This document shows, piece by piece, positions 29,686 through 32,000 of a stretch of DNA of 32,000 bases; the stretch's first letter is position 1, and the number at the start of each line of letters is the position of its first letter. The translations under genes and the position numbers were made by a program. Location of the stretch: NCBI RefSeq assembly GCF_000090965.1, contig NC_008513.1, positions 210,001 through 242,000 on the forward strand, given 5' to 3'. The notes below the pieces were generated by a model, which was not told the origin of the DNA, searched no databases, and worked only from the letters and a program-made list of their open reading frames with translations. Source of the DNA: Candidatus Saccharimonadota bacterium. Lineage in GTDB: Bacteria; Pseudomonadota; Gammaproteobacteria; Enterobacterales; Enterobacteriaceae.

Positions 29686-30498
29686 TTATCTCCTAAATAA
29701 CCATTGTAAAAAACTCTTTTTTTCTTCTACTATAAATCTTAATGGTATTTTATTTCCTAATAATCTTTGAACCGTATCCTGATATGCTTTTCCAGCAATG
29801 GATGTATTATTTAATACGATAGATAAACCTTGATTAGAAGATTTTAATATATTTAAGTCTTCCGGAATTACTCCAATTAAAGGAATTTGAAGTATATCAA
29901 TAATATCATCAATACTCAGCATATCACCTTTAACAACTTTTTTTGGATCATATCTTGTTAACAATAAATGTTCTTTAACTGGTTTTTTATTTTCTTTAGA
30001 TCTTTTAGATTTAGAAGAAATAATTCCTAAAATTCGATCTGAATCTCGTATAGAAGAAATTTCAGGATTTGTAACAACAATTGCTTCATCACAAAAATAA
30101 AGTGCAATTAAAGCTCCGGATTCTATTCCAGCAGGTGAATCACATATAATAAATTCAAAATTCATATTAGAGAGACTTTTTAATACATATTCTACTCCAT
30201 TAGTAGTTAATGAATCTTTATCTCGTGTTTGTGATGCAGGAAGAAGAAACAAATTCTTTATTTTTCTATCTTTAATTAATGCTTGTTGAATTGTTGCTTC
30301 TTTATTAATTACATTTATAAAATCATATACTACTCTTCTTTCACATCCCATAATTAAATCTAAATTTCTTAAACCAATATCAAAATCTATAACTACAGCT
30401 TTTTTTCCAAGTAACGCTAAACCTGTAGCAATAGAAGCACTTGATGTTGTTTTTCCTACACCACCTTTTCCTGAAGTAATAGTTATAATTTTAGTCAT
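29686..30498 (-). CDS. minD: Septum site-determining ATPase MinD
   Basis: 270 aa. It has the deviant Walker A TSGKGGVGKTT, DFDIGLRNLDLIMG and CDSPAGIE. The C-terminal amphipathic membrane-targeting helix KKSFLQWLFRR is present. Confidence 0.95.
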   Translation of the reverse strand: MTKIITITSGKGGVGKTTSSASIATGLALLGKKAVVIDFDIGLRNLDLIMGCERRVVYDFINVINKEATIQQALIKDRKIKNLFLLPASQTRDKDSLTTNGVEYVLKSLSNMNFEFIICDSPAGIESGALIALYFCDEAIVVTNPEISSIRDSDRILGIISSKSKRSKENKKPVKEHLLLTRYDPKKVVKGDMLSIDDIIDILQIPLIGVIPEDLNILKSSNQGLSIVLNNTSIAGKAYQDTVQRLLGNKIPLRFIVEEKKSFLQWLFRR

Positions 30499-30533
30499 AT
30501 TAAACTTACCTTATTTAGTTAATTAAATTTAAT

Positions 30534-31256
30534 TTAATGATTATATTTTATAAAAATTTTTTTATTAACCAAACTAATTTCTACACTATTTTCTAAAAAT
30601 TTTATCGGAATTTGATCTACTGTGCAGTATTCTCCTGCTATTGATATTAATTCTGCTGATAATTTTGTACAAAAAATTTTTCTAGTTTCATCTCCATGAG
30701 CTCCTGCTAATGCTCTTCCTTTCATATTCCCATAAATATGTATATTACCATCTGCAATTAATTCCGCTCCTGGACTAACATTATTTGTTATTATTAAATC
30801 TGTATTAGGTGCATAAATTCTTTGCCCCGAACGTATTAATTCATTAACTAAATAACTTTTTTGATTTTTTATGAAAAGAGAAGAATAATGATTTTTATTA
30901 CTATTTTTATTAAAAAAATTTTTCTTTTTATTAAAATTTAATAATGTTTTTTTTTTTTTAAACAAAATAGGTAATCCAGATTTTAAAATATCTAGTTTAA
31001 CTGATTCTTTTTTACAACCAAAAATACCAATTAAAAATAATCCAATAGAAAAAAAAAATTTTTTAAGATTAATCCAATTAAAATTAAAAGCTAGTTTTTC
31101 TATATTTAATGCTATTGGTATATTTTTAAAAAAAATAGGAGATTTTTGGATTTTTTTAAGTAAAAATTTTTTAAAATATTTAAAATTTATATTTTCTAAA
31201 TAAATTACTAAAGCAGTAAAATTATTATTTTTAAAAGTTATTAACTTATTTTTCAT
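30534..31256 (-). CDS. minC: Septum site-determining protein MinC
   Basis: 240 aa. The C-terminal beta-helix domain [48 protein letters not shown] is typical of MinC. The N-terminal domain and linker are highly divergent and Lys/Asn-rich. minD follows after 35 nt, with an AAGGTAAG Shine-Dalgarno. Confidence 0.85.
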   Translation of the reverse strand: MKNKLITFKNNNFTALVIYLENINFKYFKKFLLKKIQKSPIFFKNIPIALNIEKLAFNFNWINLKKFFFSIGLFLIGIFGCKKESVKLDILKSGLPILFKKKKTLLNFNKKKNFFNKNSNKNHYSSLFIKNQKSYLVNELIRSGQRIYAPNTDLIITNNVSPGAELIADGNIHIYGNMKGRALAGAHGDETRKIFCTKLSAELISIAGEYCTVDQIPIKFLENSVEISLVNKKIFIKYNH

Positions 31257-31362
31257 ATATTTTTACCTAATTACTAATAATAATATTTAATATAAAAAAA
31301 TATATTTATATAAAAAATTTTTTTTGAATATAAATATTAAATGATATTTTTAAAAATATTTT

Positions 31363-31371
31363 TGTTATAAT
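31363..31371 (+). promoter_or_regulatory. Candidate extended -10 promoter element for rsmC
   Basis: TGTTATAAT fits TGnTATAAT exactly, with TATAAT at 31366-31371. It lies about 65 nt upstream of the rsmC ATG in the minC/rsmC divergent spacer. There is no convincing -35. Chance occurrence in this composition is not negligible. Confidence 0.25.
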
Positions 31372-31435
31372 ATTTAAAAATTTATATAAAAAATTTACTT
31401 TTTTTATATTTTAAACAATTTTTGAAAATAAAATT

Positions 31436-32000
31436 ATGAATAAAACAGTAATTAAAACATTTCAAATATCAAAAGAATACAAAATATTAAAAAAAAATTT
31501 TCAATTATTTAAAAACAAAACTACAATTATATCAGGAATAATACCTAGTGTTTTTTTAAAAATTAATATAATAAAAAGATTTATTTTTTATGTTAATTAT
31601 TTTAATCTTTATCTTAAAATACTTAAAAAAAACAGTAAAAATGTTATTTTTAATAATTTTAACCATAAAAATAAATTATCTTCATATAAACAATTAATTT
31701 TTTTTTTAACAAAAAATAAAAAAGAATTTAAGTTACACTTAACATTTTTATTATCTCATATATCTAAAACTTGCGTGATATATGTTGTTGGTGAAAAAAA
31801 ATGTGGAATTAATAGTATTAGTAAAATTTTTTCTAATTATTTAATATTTAAAAAAATAGATTATGCTAGAACATGTTCTTTATATAAAGCAAAAATAATG
31901 AAATTACCAAAATTTTATTTACATAAATTTATAAACATCTATATTTGGAATAATATAACTATTCAAAGTTTACCAGGAGTTTTTGGATATAAAAAAATTG
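31436..32000 (+). CDS. rsmC: 16S rRNA (guanine1207-N2)-methyltransferase RsmC, 5' part; it continues beyond the window end
   Basis: The frame is open from ATG 31436 to the window end (188 codons) and is not in the ORF track because it has no stop. My translation reads IYVVGEKKCGINSISKIF...DYARTCSLYKAK...IQSLPGVFGYKKI. This aligns with E. coli RsmC IFVVGENRSGVRS...DSARRCGLY...VKTLPGVFSRDGL. The paralogue RlmG is a less good fit. Confidence 0.75.
   Translation, partial: MNKTVIKTFQISKEYKILKKNFQLFKNKTTIISGIIPSVFLKINIIKRFIFYVNYFNLYLKILKKNSKNVIFNNFNHKNKLSSYKQLIFFLTKNKKEFKLHLTFLLSHISKTCVIYVVGEKKCGINSISKIFSNYLIFKKIDYARTCSLYKAKIMKLPKFYLHKFINIYIWNNITIQSLPGVFGYKKI

Overview
This window is extremely AT-rich (by eye about four-fifths A+T, not computed), gene-dense and biased toward Lys/Asn/Ile codons. 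It reads as core chromosome of a genome-reduced gammaproteobacterial insect endosymbiont. The gene order is mfd-gapA-fldA-ybgI-sucA-sucB-gpmA-pfkA-tpiA-ihfB-rpsA-aroA-serC-serS-trxB-infA-aspS-yebC-pykA-zwf-htpX-yoaE-tsaB-minE-minD-minC-rsmC. From memory, not from a search, this is the order in Buchnera aphidicola, and the composition suggests a highly reduced Cinara/Lachninae-type lineage. All 25 long ORFs have clear housekeeping identities: glycolysis, pentose-phosphate entry, the sucAB remnant of the TCA cycle, aromatic and serine biosynthesis, translation, and Min division-site selection. Two genes run off the window edges: mfd at the left and rsmC at the right. I saw no rRNA, tRNA, CRISPR, IS or transposon, prophage, toxin-antitoxin or defence-like genes. 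The intergenic DNA is too AT-rich to hide a tRNA. I therefore do not see a novel multi-gene system here and will not invent one. The points worth a second look are small-scale. (1) ybgI is split by a 1-nt frame change that sits exactly on a T7A tract matching the canonical -1 slippery heptamer U_UUU_UUA. (2) Mfd begins at its RNAP-interaction domain and lacks the whole UvrA-recruiting N-terminal module. (3) There are in-frame homopolymers up to A18 inside intact genes. (4) A few hairpins stand out from the AT background, near pfkA/tpiA, the tpiA leader, the rpsA leader and downstream of aroA. (5) Short AT-only spacers sit exactly where E. coli-order neighbours (cmk, ruvCAB-znuABC, hexR, sucCD) would be. 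The seven short antisense ORFs in the supplied track are composition artefacts.
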